A DNA stretch of 63,716 nucleotides, counting the filler, from Octopus bimaculoides (taxonomy: Eukaryota): the NCBI RefSeq assembly GCF_001194135.2. It is 6 parts of 6 records of this genome, joined end to end, with 100 filler letters (N's around TTAATTAATTAA, not from the genome) between each part and the next. Parts side by side here need not be neighbours in the genome. Positions count along the whole stretch, not along the records: positions 1 to 29,810 come from NC_068989.1; 5 more parts are not named here. One strand, given 5' to 3'. Positions 13,065-26,050 of this stretch are shown here, piece after piece; positions within the stretch are counted from its first letter, which is position 1; each line of letters starts with the position of its first letter. The notes beneath the pieces were generated by a model. The model did no database searches. It was not told the origin of the DNA and saw only the letters and a program-made list of their open reading frames with translations. The translations under genes were made by a program, and so were the position numbers.

Positions 13065-14194
13065 NNNNNNNNNNATTCATACATGGTGGCCGTACACTCA
13101 TGACCAAGGAAGACCATTGCTGACCTTCAAGAACATTGCGCACTCTAGGATATAGGTGGGGGGGGGGGAAGCAGCTCATATCGAGCAGAGTTCAGCAATG
13201 CCTGTTCAGAATTTTAGGTCCCATACGATACCTCATAGACCCTCTCCACTCTACTGACATTATCCAGAGACAAGCCAGAGCAAGACGTCTGGGATGTGCC
13301 ATGATCTCTAGCACAAACCAAAGATCCCAAAATGTCCAATGTCATTCCCTGCATATCTGGTTTTATATCACAGTGACCTTCTTCTAAGAGACATACTTCA
13401 ACAGAAGCTGAGGAGTGCCTCCCTCCCAGTGGTCTTCCAGCACACTAGACACCATCCCGGAATTTCTGTATACCTGCGCTATTGCTAGATAGCCGTTGAG
13501 CCTGCACTAGGTTCATCTGACCTTTCACCAGGTCTTGTTTTTAAACCTGTTGGGTTTCTAGCAAACCCCCTCACCAGGGTAACCTGGTGGGGGTCCCATT
13601 TAGTCACTGACAACCAGACCATGCAACAGGTTGTACTGGATTCCATGTTACCAGTATTCATATATACATATATATATTATTTAAAACAGTTTGATTCGGT
13701 TCCATGCAACTTTGGATTGCCAAACTTGAATGTGTGTATGTGTGGCTCTCTTTTTCGATATGTATATATATTTGTAGGAAAACTTGGGACAAGTTGTAAA
13801 GTCCCATCTCAAGTTGCTGAGCCTAACTGAGATGAACATCAATTTGCTATGCTGAAGAAAACCTGTCCATCTCAGCAAAATGATGTGCCAAAAGAATATT
13901 ATTGTGTCTGCACTCATCTTCATAATACCCATCCTTCATTCACTCCTCTAACTACAGCACCATAATTATATGAAAGCAGAGTTGCTCATATTTCATACCC
14001 ACTTTTGTTCTATTAGTTATCCCTCTCCTTGAGACTACTTCCTGTGCTACTCATCCTGTACTTCGAACATCATTATTTACCACTTATGTTTTCATCGAAT
14101 GCTTCATTCCCCTCAACACTTCATATGCGCCATTGATGCTACTCACTTTTTTCTTTTTTTCACACACTATATTTACCCCTATATGCCTCTGGAT

Positions 14195-14512
14195 GAAGGC
14201 ACATGACTTAGTGGTTAGGGTATTTGCCTCATGATCGTATGGTTGAGTTCAATTCCCGGGAATGCATTGTGTCCTTGAGCAAGACACTTTATTTCATGTG
14301 GCTCCAGTCCATTCAGCCGGCAAAAATGAGTTGTACCCATATTTCAAAGAGCCAACCACGGCACACTGTGTCATGCTGAATCTCCCTGAGAACTACATTA
14401 AAGGTACACATATCTGTGGAGTGCTCTGCCACATGCATGTTAATTTAAAGAGCAGGCTGTTCCGTTGATTGGATCAAATGGAACCCTTGTCATTGTAACC
14501 GACAGAGTGCCA
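14195..14512 (+). mobile_element. tRNA-derived SINE, related family
   Basis: gacttagtggttagg A box, gagttcaattccc B box and the same CORE-like segment. A 3' part of this family also occurs near 10000-10095. Confidence 0.75.
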
Positions 14513-15597
14513 GTAATAATATATGCCTCTGACCTCTGTCTCTTTCACTGTGCAGTTTGTCACTCACCCACACTTCACATCATCTCATCTACAGTTTTAT
14601 TATGTTGCTCTTCACCTCCCTTCCCCCTTGCTCTACCCTATTTTCCTTTACCTTCCTCCAAACTGAAATTCACCAGTGATCACACCTCCACCTGTACTCA
14701 ACATACACTGCATTCACCTCTATTCCTATCTCTAACCATCCATCATTCCCCTTTCATATTCTTATGAAGCTACATCATTAGCTTCATTAATTTTATTGAT
14801 TACATAAATCAGAGTTATCATTTCTCAAAATATATGTTATCTGGATAATTCTTAAAACATTTATTCCCCTACTCCCCAATAATTGAATCAAATTTATTTC
14901 CAGAATAAAATCAAAGCATGAAAGGTTTGTACATACAAATACTGAGGAGAATGCAATAGTTATCCAAGATAATATTGACAGCAACTTTGATAAAAATACT
15001 GTTGTAAAAAAATTATCAATAGACCAAACTATCATTTCATTCAAAGGCAAATGAAACAGAAAACGTTTTATGAATTATGTTGCTTATTCTTGCCATGTCA
15101 CAGCACATCATATTGTCACACATAATACTACTTCTGTATCTATAATGAAATGTGATATTATATGCAAAAGGATACAAGTTTGCCATAAACAAAATGATTT
15201 CATTGAAGAAACACACACAAACACACAATAACACTTATTTTTAAGAATCTGATTCTTCTCTTTCTGTGGATACTCTCAGTCTTTACACTAGCTGCACCTA
15301 TTTTCTAACATATACAATGAGAATTCATAAAAAGAGGCTATGCTCTTCAAATAATAGCCACAAAAATTGCTCACATACATTCCATGAAGTAATTACTTTT
15401 TATATACTAAAAAGAAAAAAAATCACATGAACATTTCAAGTGTTGCATTATTAATACAATTTTAACTTTTTCCAGAAATCATTGATATTTTCTATCCATT
15501 CTGATTATATATAACAAAACAATTAGAATCTATAAATGAATATTATTATTTTTGAGAAAAAGAAATGGGACACACACACACACAAAAACACACTTAC

Positions 15598-15785
15598 TTT
15601 TGGTTCTCCTTGGTGAGCTATCTTAACATCCTTAGCCATGCCAGTTTTGTCCATTGCTACTTGGATATAAAACATATCAGAACCAACAAACAACTGTGAT
15701 TCAGGTCCACTGGGTGGAGTAAAACTTAATCCAACTTGTCTGGCAACCGCTTCCAATTGTTCCACAAGATTTAACTGAGAAAGCA
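15598..15785 (-). CDS. MED1: MED1 coding exon (188 nt): (V)LSQLNLVEQLEAVARQVGLSFTPPSGPESQLFVGSDMFYIQVAMDKTGMAKDVKIAHQGEPK
   Basis: tattgtag|TGCTTTCT...CCAAAA|gtaagt. LEAVARQ, SDMFY and DVKIAHQGE are hallmark Med1-domain motifs (vertebrate LESIARQ, SDMFYVEV, DVKVAHHGE). Confidence 0.95.
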
Positions 15786-16610
15786 CTACAATATATAATT
15801 AAACAACATATAATTACAGAGTAAACTTTAAGAACATATACAAAATAGCAAAAACAATTTTTAGATTACCTCGAGTAAAAAAAGGAAGGTAGAAACAAAG
15901 ATGCTTGGCAAGATAGGTCAACTAATACAAAATCATCTGTGTATTTTTGTCCATGCTAGCATGAGTTTGAACAAAAATGTTATTTACAGCATGATTTTCT
16001 TGTGTACAGATGCTCCTTTTACTGCCAAAACTGACATGTATATCAAATATAAACTTTCTTTATTGAAAGCACAAAGTAGCCAGTCCTACTGTCAACAAAG
16101 AATGTCACCATCAGTAATGCTTTGCTAAAGAACAGACAAGATACACATATACACGTGTATACACATACTTGTACACATACATACATATACTTGTACACAC
16201 ACACATATATACAAATATATATAAACATACATATAACTTCTTCGAGAAAATTACCATATAGTGAAAACATTCGCCAATATGAGCAGGAGAATCAGTTACA
16301 ATGGTACAGGTACATAGATGAAAAAGTTCTCTAAGTAGATGCAGAAAAGTACCATTAGATAGACAAAAGATTGGTGAAGTACTGGTTGCTTAAGACTTAT
16401 AACAGAGTTTCGCTAACATGATGGTGGCTGGAGTTGTGCTATTTTGAAATTCCAATAAAACATTTCTAGTGTAAAAAGACAAATATTTAACAATGATGTT
16501 AATATACAAGTTAGTAAATATATTAAAGAATAGAAGTGAATTTATTTTCTAACAATATGAAATTAGCAGCTGTAAAAGACAAGAAAGTAATATAATTTAA
16601 AGTAGGTTAC

Positions 16611-16689
16611 CTTTCATTGCTTTCTGTAAGGTGTCCAACCACCTCTGTAACTGGGGACGATCCACTGCATCTGATTGGTGACGTTTGTC
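16611..16689 (-). CDS. MED1: MED1 coding exon (79 nt): DKRHQSDAVDRPQLQRWLDTLQKAMK(V)
   Basis: tttcttgtag|GACAAA...ATGAAAG|gtaacc. LDTLQKAMK matches the conserved MED1 motif (LETLQKALK). Phase 0 in, phase 1 out. Confidence 0.92.
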
Positions 16690-16901
16690 CTACAAGAAAT
16701 TCCAAATTAAAGTTGAGAATTTTTTTTTTTAATATCTTAATTTTAACTACAGAACAGGTATAAAGTGAAATAGCATAAAGGCTAAATATATCTATAAAAT
16801 ATGAGACCGTATAAATCCCTGAAAAATAAACATAATTATAGGCAAATTCTTTGAATTTAGAGAAGAAATCATGTCTTATTACCTATCTCTGAAGAAAACA
16901 T

Positions 16902-17118
16902 TTAACTCTTTAACAGTAGAAATCAGATATATCCACCCAAAATTTCATTACTCTTAACTGTGGAAAACAGCTTTATACACCAACCTATTTTTTGTTCAAA
17001 TAAGTTAAGTCTACCTAGAAAATGTGACTTGCCGAAAATACCAATTGTATTTTTTGGTAGATATTTAACATCATTACTAGAATAAGCATGAAATTTAATT
17101 TTGCAGTTAAAGGGTTAA
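16902..17118. mobile_element. TTAA-flanked MITE (second family)
   Basis: ttaa|CTCTTTAAC...GTTAAAGGG|ttaa, with inverted termini. Confidence 0.6.
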
Positions 17119-20100
17119 AAATCTCCAATAATGATATTGTATAGGTTCAGCAGCATCATTTTGTTCCATTTGTCTGTATTTGCACATGTTAAACTTCACT
17201 AAACCTGATCATAACTATTGAAACATGTAAATCAAAGCATGTCCAAATATTCTATTTTCATATGCTGAAGCTCATATATAAAAATTAATATAATATTCAA
17301 TCTTTACTGTCATGCTAGAATATGGAAGAAAAAAAAGAAAAAAAAGAAAGAAAAAAAATGAAATTAATATAAATTCTAAAACATCTACAGTAAAATTGAA
17401 ATAATTTTGCTCTATAATGATCCAACCAGATTTCAAAACACACCCTACCATCTCTTAAAATTAAAATATATTGGATAATCTAGTCCAAAATAAAGAGATG
17501 GAATGGTCATAGCAAGAGGGCCTTTGTTCATAGATCTGCTCTATCAGAGCTAACTTGGAGCAAAAACCTCAGAAAAGCAATAACAGTGAAAATGGCACTC
17601 AATTTGTGAATTATAGAAAGAAAAATCATATTTAAAATAAAGTTAATAAGGATAGATCTTATAAGGTAAAAGTTTAAAAAGTTTATTAACTCTTTTAAGT
17701 TCACACTATGGCAGGGGAAGATTTTTTTAAGACATCTAATATACACCTTCTTGTGGATATAAACATATTCAAGTATCAAGATATCATTGAACCACGGTAG
17801 TGGTTGAATATATTTTTAAGTCCACCATTTCGTCAATCGCAGCAGCTTGCAAGCTTCACCACAAATTCAGTTCTCAACTAAATTGCAAACTGTTAACAGT
17901 TTTAAAGAAGACACCTCCTCAGCTACACTTTGGCATAAATAGTTTGAGACCTGAAGGTGGGCAACAAGGCAGGTGTTCATTTTCAATTAACATAAATGAT
18001 AGAAATGATAGAAAAATGCATGAGGAATTCAGAATCATTAGTCACATTCAACAAAAATTAGTAGCAAAATGTTATGAGGTAAAATGTCATGAAATGTAAA
18101 GGAAGTAAGTAAGAGAGTAATGCTCCAAGCAAAGAAATAGTTGTATTTAATCCATTGTTTGTTATAATTACTCTTAATTCTTCACTTCTCATTNNNNNNN
18201 NNNNNNNNNNNNNNNNNNNNNNNNNNNNNNNNNNNNNNNNNNNNNNNNNNNNNNNNNNNNNNNNNNNNNNNNNNNNNNNNNNNNNNNNNNNNNNNNNNNN
18301 NNNNNNNNNNNNNNNNNNNNNNNNNNNNNNNNNNNNNNNNNNNNNNNNNNNNNNNNNNNNNNNNNNNNNNNNNNNNNNNNNNNNNNNNNNNNNNNNNNNN
18401 NNNNNNNNNNNNNNNNNNNNNNNNNNNNNNNNNNNNNNNNNNNNNNNNNNNNNNNNNNNNNNNNNNNNNNNNNNNNNNNNNNNNNNNNNNNNNNNNNNNN
18501 NNNNNNNNNNNNNNNNNNNNNNNNNNNNNNNNNNNNNNNNNNNNNNNNNNNNNNNNNNNNNNNNNNNNNNNNNNNNNNNNNNNNNNNNNNNNNNNNNNNN
18601 NNNNNNNNNNNNNNNNNNNNNNNNNNNNNNNNNNNNNNNNNNNNNNNNNNNNNNNNNNNNNNNNNNNNNNNNNNNNNNNNNNNNNNNNNNNNNNNNNNNN
18701 NNNNNNNNNNNNNNNNNNNNNNNNNNNNNNNNNNNNNNNNNNNNNNNNNNNNNNNNNNNNNNNNNNNNNNNNNNNNNNNNNNNNNNNNNNNNNNNNNNNN
18801 NNNNNNNNNNNNNNNNNNNNNNNNNNNNNNNNNNNNNNNNNNNNNNNNNNNNNNNNNNNNNNNNNNNNNNNNNNNNNNNNNNNNNNNNNNNNNNNNNNNN
18901 NNNNNNNNNNNNNNNNNNNNNNNNNNNNNNNNNNNNNNNNNNNNNNNNNNNNNNNNNNNNNNNNNNNNNNNNNNNNNNNNNNNNNNNNNNNNNNNNNNNN
19001 NNNNNNNNNNNNNNNNNNNNNNNNNNNNNNNNNNNNNNNNNNNNNNNNNNNNNNNNNNNNNNNNNNNNNNNNNNNNNNNNNNNNNNNNNNNNNNNNNNNN
19101 NNNNNNNNNNNNNNNNNNNNNNNNNNNNNNNNNNNNNNNNNNNNNNNNNNNNNNNNNNNNNNGTGCAGATTCAAGATGATGATTATGTTGTAGTTGTTCC
19201 TCCTTGTTATGAAATCCATAATTTTTGCTTCTAAAAATGCATATAATTTATTAAATTGCAAAAAATTGTGCATTTGAAAATAACTTTATTCTTATTTTGC
19301 TTAAAATTCCAAATTCACTTAATAGAATATAGTCATTTTTAGCTGTGTCTCTATGGACAGACCTGAAAACATGTAGTAAGGCTGTCCAGAAAAGACATTG
19401 GTCAAAAGTGCTTACATTCTACAACTTTTTATATTTTAGCTTTTCCATTAAATATTTAATAAAGTTATTTTTAATATGCTGTTGAATTAGGGTAAGTTTA
19501 ACTTTTATTATTAATTTTCTCTTTCAGCTTTAATTAACTTGCTTTCTGCTTTTTTTGCTTTCCCTTTTTAGTTGCTTTCCTTTTCTTTTTAGATAATTAT
19601 TTAATCAGGCCAGCTCATTAATGTGTTATATAAGAATTTGGCTAATTTACTACCTTAAATACAGAAAAAGTGACTAATTAGACAAACTTACAAATTAGCT
19701 GAACGGTTTTGTACATTAAGTTTAAAAGATGAAAACTGTAAAGAGTGATAAATTAGAAGAACTGGCTAATAAGCAGATGATTAATTAACTGAATTTTATT
19801 GTAATTACAAGAAGTGATTTTTAAAAAACTAAAATATTAGAGGAACTGCCTAATTAGCTGGTGATTAATTAACTGCACTCTATTATAATAACAAAAGATA
19901 TAAAAATTTATACCTTAGAAAATTTTTAAAATAAAATCTAAAAGTATTACAATAATATAGTTAAATTTTAATATATGGAAATTGGAATTGTACTTATAAA
20001 CAGTAATCAAATTCTTTAGTAATAGCTTGAAAAAATAGAAGTAATTGCTTGAATAAAATTCTATTTATTTAATGATTAATTATTTACTATATTTTAATAG

Positions 20101-22569
20101 TATATTAACAAAATTTTTTAAAATTAGCCTTAATTATTTTATGAAGTACGTAATTATTTTATGATGTACAATGATTATTTTAAAAGTTTTGTATGTTTTG
20201 CTGACAATTAATTATATTTTGTATAATTTTTAGTTTGTAATATTTTCAAATTTTCTTTTTTGCTGCAATATTTCAAGTAAAAAGTTTCTTATTCTTTACT
20301 TTACTAGAAGTAATAGCTTGTCCTATACTTTTCCAGGTGTAATAACTTGTCCTGTACTTTTCCAGGTTTATAATCTTAAGAATATTACTTTCCATGCTCA
20401 CATTTTTCCATGTAATATAATTTTCATCAATACATACATAATAAAAGTTGAAATGCTATAACAAATAATTTTGTTTGCTTAAGAATATATAATTATTCAA
20501 AGTAATAATATTTTTTGGAAATGTAATACGAACAAAAAATATCTAGCAAAAGAATGAGGAAAAGTATGAAATATGTAAACGTAACAAACAATGAATTCAA
20601 ATACTAAAGATGAAAAGAGCTCAACTAAAAATTTACTTTCTATAAATATCTAAGAAATTAGATGTGATGCGGTTGAAAATAATCAAAGGTGGTAAAACCA
20701 GAGGCTTATGTTGCTTATTCTGATTTCAATAATTTTCACAGGTTTTCTTTTACATATTATTTGGCCAATAGTCTATTTGGAAGGAGGTAAAGCACTAATC
20801 AACTCCAAAGAACAGAGGCTAATTTAGGAGTGGTAGGAAAAGCAAAGAGAGGAGTCAGTTATACTAGTTGGTTACAGGCTGGTCCATGTCTATGAGTAAT
20901 TTTATGCCAACCAATCAAGTTAGCTTCCTTTGAAAACAGTCCAAGATGTCTGCAGTTGTACCTTCCAAGATGTGGACTTCATTGTGGATCTCACTTGCTG
21001 TGTTAGCAATGACTGGGGGCTGAAATATTTTCTGGTCCTTCAGACATTCAGATGTAATCCTAACTTTGTTAGAAGTGTGCTTTTGTCAGGAGACACTCAT
21101 TAAAAGGAGTCATAACATTTGGAGCAACTGTGAGAGATCTAGGAGTGATGCTTTTTTTTTTTTTAAGGGGTCCTATGAAACAATGATGTTTTCATGATAT
21201 GAATAGCTGAATAGTGCCCGAGTCCTCCACAAGCACACATGTCGACAATTAAAAGAGACAAGATTGGCATGGATTTATTGAAGGATGGTTTCAAGGTTTT
21301 CATTCATGGTATCAACACAGGTTTCATGTAGTGGTTAGGTTATGTGTGGGTGATGCAGGATTGCAGAGGGAAGAATGAAAGGTCATATTAAATATACAAG
21401 ACTGGGCATTGTTAGATGTGAAGTCAATATGTAAGAAATAAGAGAGTGGGATATAAAACCAAATGCTAGGGTACAGCACCACTGACTGAGAGTGGAACAC
21501 AAAGTGCTCTGTCAATACAAGCTGCATTGATGTGACCTTGATAGGCAGCTACCAATTTAATATAAAAATTCAAGAACTACACTAGATTTCTACATATAAC
21601 ATTCACATATTTTAAATTATGTGTGTATGTAGATGCAAAAGACACAAATTTACTTTTTGAAAATTCAGTATTCTTTTACATGTCTAATAGGATTTTACAT
21701 GTCTTAAAGGATTTTAGTCGAAGAAATCGCCCCCAGGACTTATTCTTTGTAAGCCTAGTACTTATTCTATCAGTGTCTTTTGCTAAACTGCTAAGTTATA
21801 GGGACATACACACACCAAAATCAGTTGTCAAGTGATGGTGGGTGGGAGGAACAAACAGACACAAAGATACACATATATGTGTGTGTGCGTATGTATACAC
21901 ACACACACACACACACACAATGGGCTTCTTTCAGTTTCTGCCTACCAAATCCACGCACAAGGTTTTGGTCAGCCCGAGGCTATAGCAGAAGACACTTGCC
22001 CAAGGTGCCACACAGTGAGACTGAACCTGTAGTTGGGAAGCAATTATACTGGTAGTTTTACTAACAAGTGTAATTTGTTGTGTATGACAAATTACACTTG
22101 ATAATAAAAAACATACCTTCTTAAAAGCCATAAAAATGTTTTATTCAGTGAAGCTAGAGTATTTAATGAATATAATTTCCTTTTGGCCTTCAACTGATTC
22201 TATCTTTTGGCCTTCAACTGATTCATCCTTCATCATTCATTCTGACAACAAAGGTCAGCCACCATCAAGATACCTTTTCTTCGCAGCTAAATGTCCTCCC
22301 CATGACTTAATATTAAGGGGAGCTTCAGTTTACCAGTGTAAACACCATTCCTCTTCATTCCATAACTGAAACAATATCAAACCCAGTTGCCACAGACCTC
22401 CAGTAAGCATAATAACAATCATGATGATAATGATGACAGTGCAGCATCTGTAATAACATTCATAAAACTTCTAAAAATAAGAACCAAAAGAGTGAAATAC
22501 TTACTCATTCATTTTGAATTCAAACAAGTATGATTTTAAAAATTAAAATGTTATATATAATTAACTTAC

Positions 22570-22676
22570 AGCCATAGCTACACGGATAGCTTTAATACTT
22601 TCATTCCAAGACCGTTGTAATGGCCCCCGGTTACGAAGCTTATCCATGAGGATAGCTAATTTATGATTTTGGATAC
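22570..22676 (-). CDS. MED1: Mediator complex subunit 1, coding exon (107 nt, phase 1 in / phase 0 out): (G)IQNHKLAILMDKLRNRGPLQRSWNESIKAIRVAMA
   Basis: Minus strand reads ttttccatgttttgcag|GTATCC...ATGGCT|gtaagt. The peptide resembles the MED1 N-terminus (LLERLHAK..RPWSETIKLVRQVM in vertebrates, recalled from memory). Phase chains with the next exons. Confidence 0.9.
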
Positions 22677-22900
22677 CTGCAAAACATGGAAAATGAAAAA
22701 AAAAAAATCAAAAGAAAAATCAACAACAAAAATAAAAAGAAAAATCAATAACAAAAATTGAAGAACAAATTATAAATAAAAAAAAATAAGAATATAATGA
22801 CTCAAATAAATTTTATAAACCCTCAAATTATCATCCATGTTTCATGTGCTACTTGAAAACTGACTAACCCATGTCAGAACTGATTCAACATGCAAATTGA

Positions 22901-23128
22901 TTAACCCTTTCATTACCAACCCGTCTGAAACTGGCTCTGGCTCTGAGTACAAATGTCTTGTTTTCACAAGTTTTGAATTAAAATCTTTCACCAAACCTTA
23001 TTCACAATTTATGTTCCTAACACTAGCTGAATGATAACTAAGTCGTTTTACTAAATTCTTTGTTATATTTAAAGTAATTGAAAGAAACACAGAGCATCTC
23101 AGAATAAATACAGTAACGAAAGTGTTAA
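22901..23128. mobile_element. TTAA-flanked MITE (third family)
   Basis: ttaa|CCCTTTCATTAC...GTAACGAAAGTG|ttaa, with imperfect terminal inverted repeats. Confidence 0.7.
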
Positions 23129-23364
23129 GATCAATGGACTGAATGGCAACTGGTACTTTCAGATGAGTGACTGGTCTTTAAATATGTGCCATTCATCAGG
23201 TATCAACATGGTGTAGAACACATATTTCCAGGCATTTACTGTTTAATAAACGAGAGCCCAGCTCTCTCCTTTTTTACACCAACATCTGCTGCCAATCATT
23301 TGAACAGCTATAACAAATAGAAGTGTTAATCTCTTTTTTACCTGCCAGTTTGATATTTAAAATT

Positions 23365-24226
23365 CATCATCATCATCATTGTCGTATAACATCCGTTTTC
23401 CATGCTGGCATGGGTTGGACAGTTTGACTGAGGGCCAGAAGGCTGCACTAGGCTCCAATTCGATCTGGCAAAGTTTCTACAGCTGGATGCCCTTCCTAAT
23501 GCGAACCACTCCAAGAGTGTAGTGGGTGCTTTTATGTGCCACTGGCATGGGGAGGGGGCAGTAAGGCGGCACTAGTAACGACCATGCTTGAATGGTGCTT
23601 TTTATGTGCCACCAGCACAGGACCATTGAGTTGGCACTGGTATTGGCCACACTTGAATGGTGCTTTTTACATGCAACTGGCACGAGTGCCAATCAGGCAG
23701 TACTATCATCAGCCACGACAACAACTTCACTTGCCTCAACAGGTCTTCGCAAGCGCAGTTTATTGCCCAATGATTGAAGGGTACTCTAAAATGGCCTGGT
23801 TATGCTGCACTGGCACAGGCCATGGTTACAGTCTCACTTGGCTTACCAGGTTTTCTCAAGCACAGCAAATCTCCAAAGGTCTCGGTTACTTGTCATTGCC
23901 TTGGTGAGACCCAACGTTTGAAGGTCGTGCTTCACCACCTCATCCCGGATCTTCCTGGGTCTACCTTTTCTACAGGTTCCCTCTACTGCTTGGGTATGAC
24001 ACTTTTTCACACAACTGTCTTCATCCATACACAACACATGACCTTACCAGCACAGTCATCTCTCTTGCACACTACATCTGATGCTTATGTCCAACTTTTC
24101 TCTCAGGGCACTTACACTCTGTCGTGTATGCACACTGACATTACACATCCAGCGGAGCATACTAGCTTCATTCTTTGCAAGCTTGCGCATGTCTTCAGCA
24201 GTCACAGCCCATGTTTCACTGCCATG
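23365..24226 (-). mobile_element. 5'-truncated RTE LINE copy
   Basis: EDSCVKKCHTQAVEGTCRKGRPRK peptide. 3'UTR and (CAT)n tail as in the other copies. Confidence 0.88.
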
Positions 24227-25222
24227 TTGTGGACCCCTACTCCTACCCAGAATTCTTCACTGTACTTGTTGAAACTGAATAAAAATAAAAAAGCTCCCCA
24301 ACCAGACAAATCTATAACCAAGATTTGCCAAAAACTTATCATGCAAACCAAAGGTGTACGTTTAGGTGATGTCTAAAATAGCAAATACAAACTCATAATC
24401 TTTTAGTTTGTGATTGAAGGTAGTACTTAGGGATTTTTATTGCATAAAAACATGAATAGTTGGAAAGATTATTAAGGTGACTTTCTTGAAGTTGGCTATG
24501 TCTGTACCAACAGAGAAAAATACACTGGAGAAGAAAAGGACAGGTAGTTGGCACAGTTCACTGAGGATGAAAGTCAGTCCTGTAGAACAGAGTTTACAGA
24601 AGATGATCAAAACAAAGTCCAGTAGCCACATTCATTTAGTTAGCTGACTATTTACAATTGTATTTTTATTAATATCATTCATGTATATCAATGGAGAGTT
24701 AAATTAAATGCAGTTGTGGTTTTGGTTGCAGGGATACTACTAACAGAAGCATTTTTATTGGTTAAGATTCAGCTGTTAAGATTCAGCAAAACTGCAAAAG
24801 ATCTCTTTGACAAGAAGAATGTCATATTTTACAAGAAAAGTTTCTTTCATGATAGTTTAAAAACATTATGCAACTGGAAATGTATGTCTCCCAACTAGTG
24901 CTAGTACTGTATTTATGAGTTGCAAAAGTAGTGTAGATTCTATCCAACCATTTTAAGGATGGTTGGATAGAATTTTGGGGATGTAGATAGCTATTTTCTT
25001 GTTTGGTTGTTTTATCAAGGTCAGAAGTGAAGTCGATGACCTTCAATTTCATCAATTTTGACTTGTGAAATGTTTCTGGGTGTAAACTATATGATGAAAC
25101 TATAGTTAGTGGAAATGTGGTTGCATTAGAGAAATGGTTACAGATTTGTAGGATTCTGAGGCCAGCGAAAATTATGAAGACTCAGTCAAGAAGTAGGACT
25201 TTTAGCAAAATATTTCGGGAGG

Positions 25223-26050
25223 TTAACCTTTTTGTTACCAACCAGCCTGAAGCCACCCAAGAATTCCTTTGGCTTATGTTACCAACCCAACTGTACCCAC
25301 CTATAACCTATTCGTATTTAAATGAGAATTTCAGTGCAAATCTTGTTAATAAATTTGTGAAAACACATGTTTTCACTATGTCAACAATTGAGTTACAGTA
25401 TCCAACATTATTTGATGTGATATCTGAGTTCTGTAAATTTTTGGAGATTTTTTCCCCCCATTTCTTTCTACATTTATTTTCTGAAAATTTTTAATATTGA
25501 CACAAAATGGACACCAGTTTCATGTTGTCAAGTAGTGAGTCGGAATTTGAAGGCTTTTTGACAGAAGACATGGAGAAATCAAGCAAAATATACAGTCCAC
25601 ATAAAATCCATATAGTGTGTGATTATGAATCAGATATTTTGATTTTCAAAAGTGATTCTGATAACTCCGAAAGCGACAAAGAAAATGGATTTGTACCTGA
25701 ATGGAGTAAAAGCTAGAAAACTGTTTTCCTTAATGATTTTTCTGAAGAGACTGGACCTAGTCAGTCTTTCCCAGGACACAAAACCATTAGACTTTTTTTT
25801 ATTTTTCTCTCTTTGTTTGAAGAAAGTACTGCAGAAATGAATTGGTAAGTAGAATATAAACAAAGAAGAAAGATAGTTTGTGGTCTCCTACATGCTTGGA
25901 TGAAATCTGAGCATCTTTTGCTATTAATATTATTATGATTATGATTATAAGAAAGCTACCCAGAATTACAAACTACTGACAAACCTTTTGGAGACCAATA
26001 TATTTCTACTATTATGACAAGGACCTGATATTTTAAAAACAGATTGCCAG
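25223..26050 (+). mobile_element. piggyBac-like (PGBD4-type) transposase remnant with left terminus
   Basis: ttaa|CCTTTTTGTTACC terminus. Acidic N-terminus MDTSFMLSSSESEFEGF...SDSDNSESD, then PGPSQ..KPLDFFLFF and a degenerate IIRKLP..Y..T segment typical of PGBD4-like transposases. Confidence 0.6.

Noticed and set aside
18155-19273. 300+ aa ORFs in the ORF track
   Set aside because: They run through N gaps (also 1316-2201, 48076-49174, 55142-56116) and are artefacts.
20860-21120. Possible old Jockey/CR1-like RT C-terminal remnant (QVRSTM..DILDCFQRK on the minus strand)
   Set aside because: The similarity is too fragmentary to support without a database search, so it is not listed as a feature.
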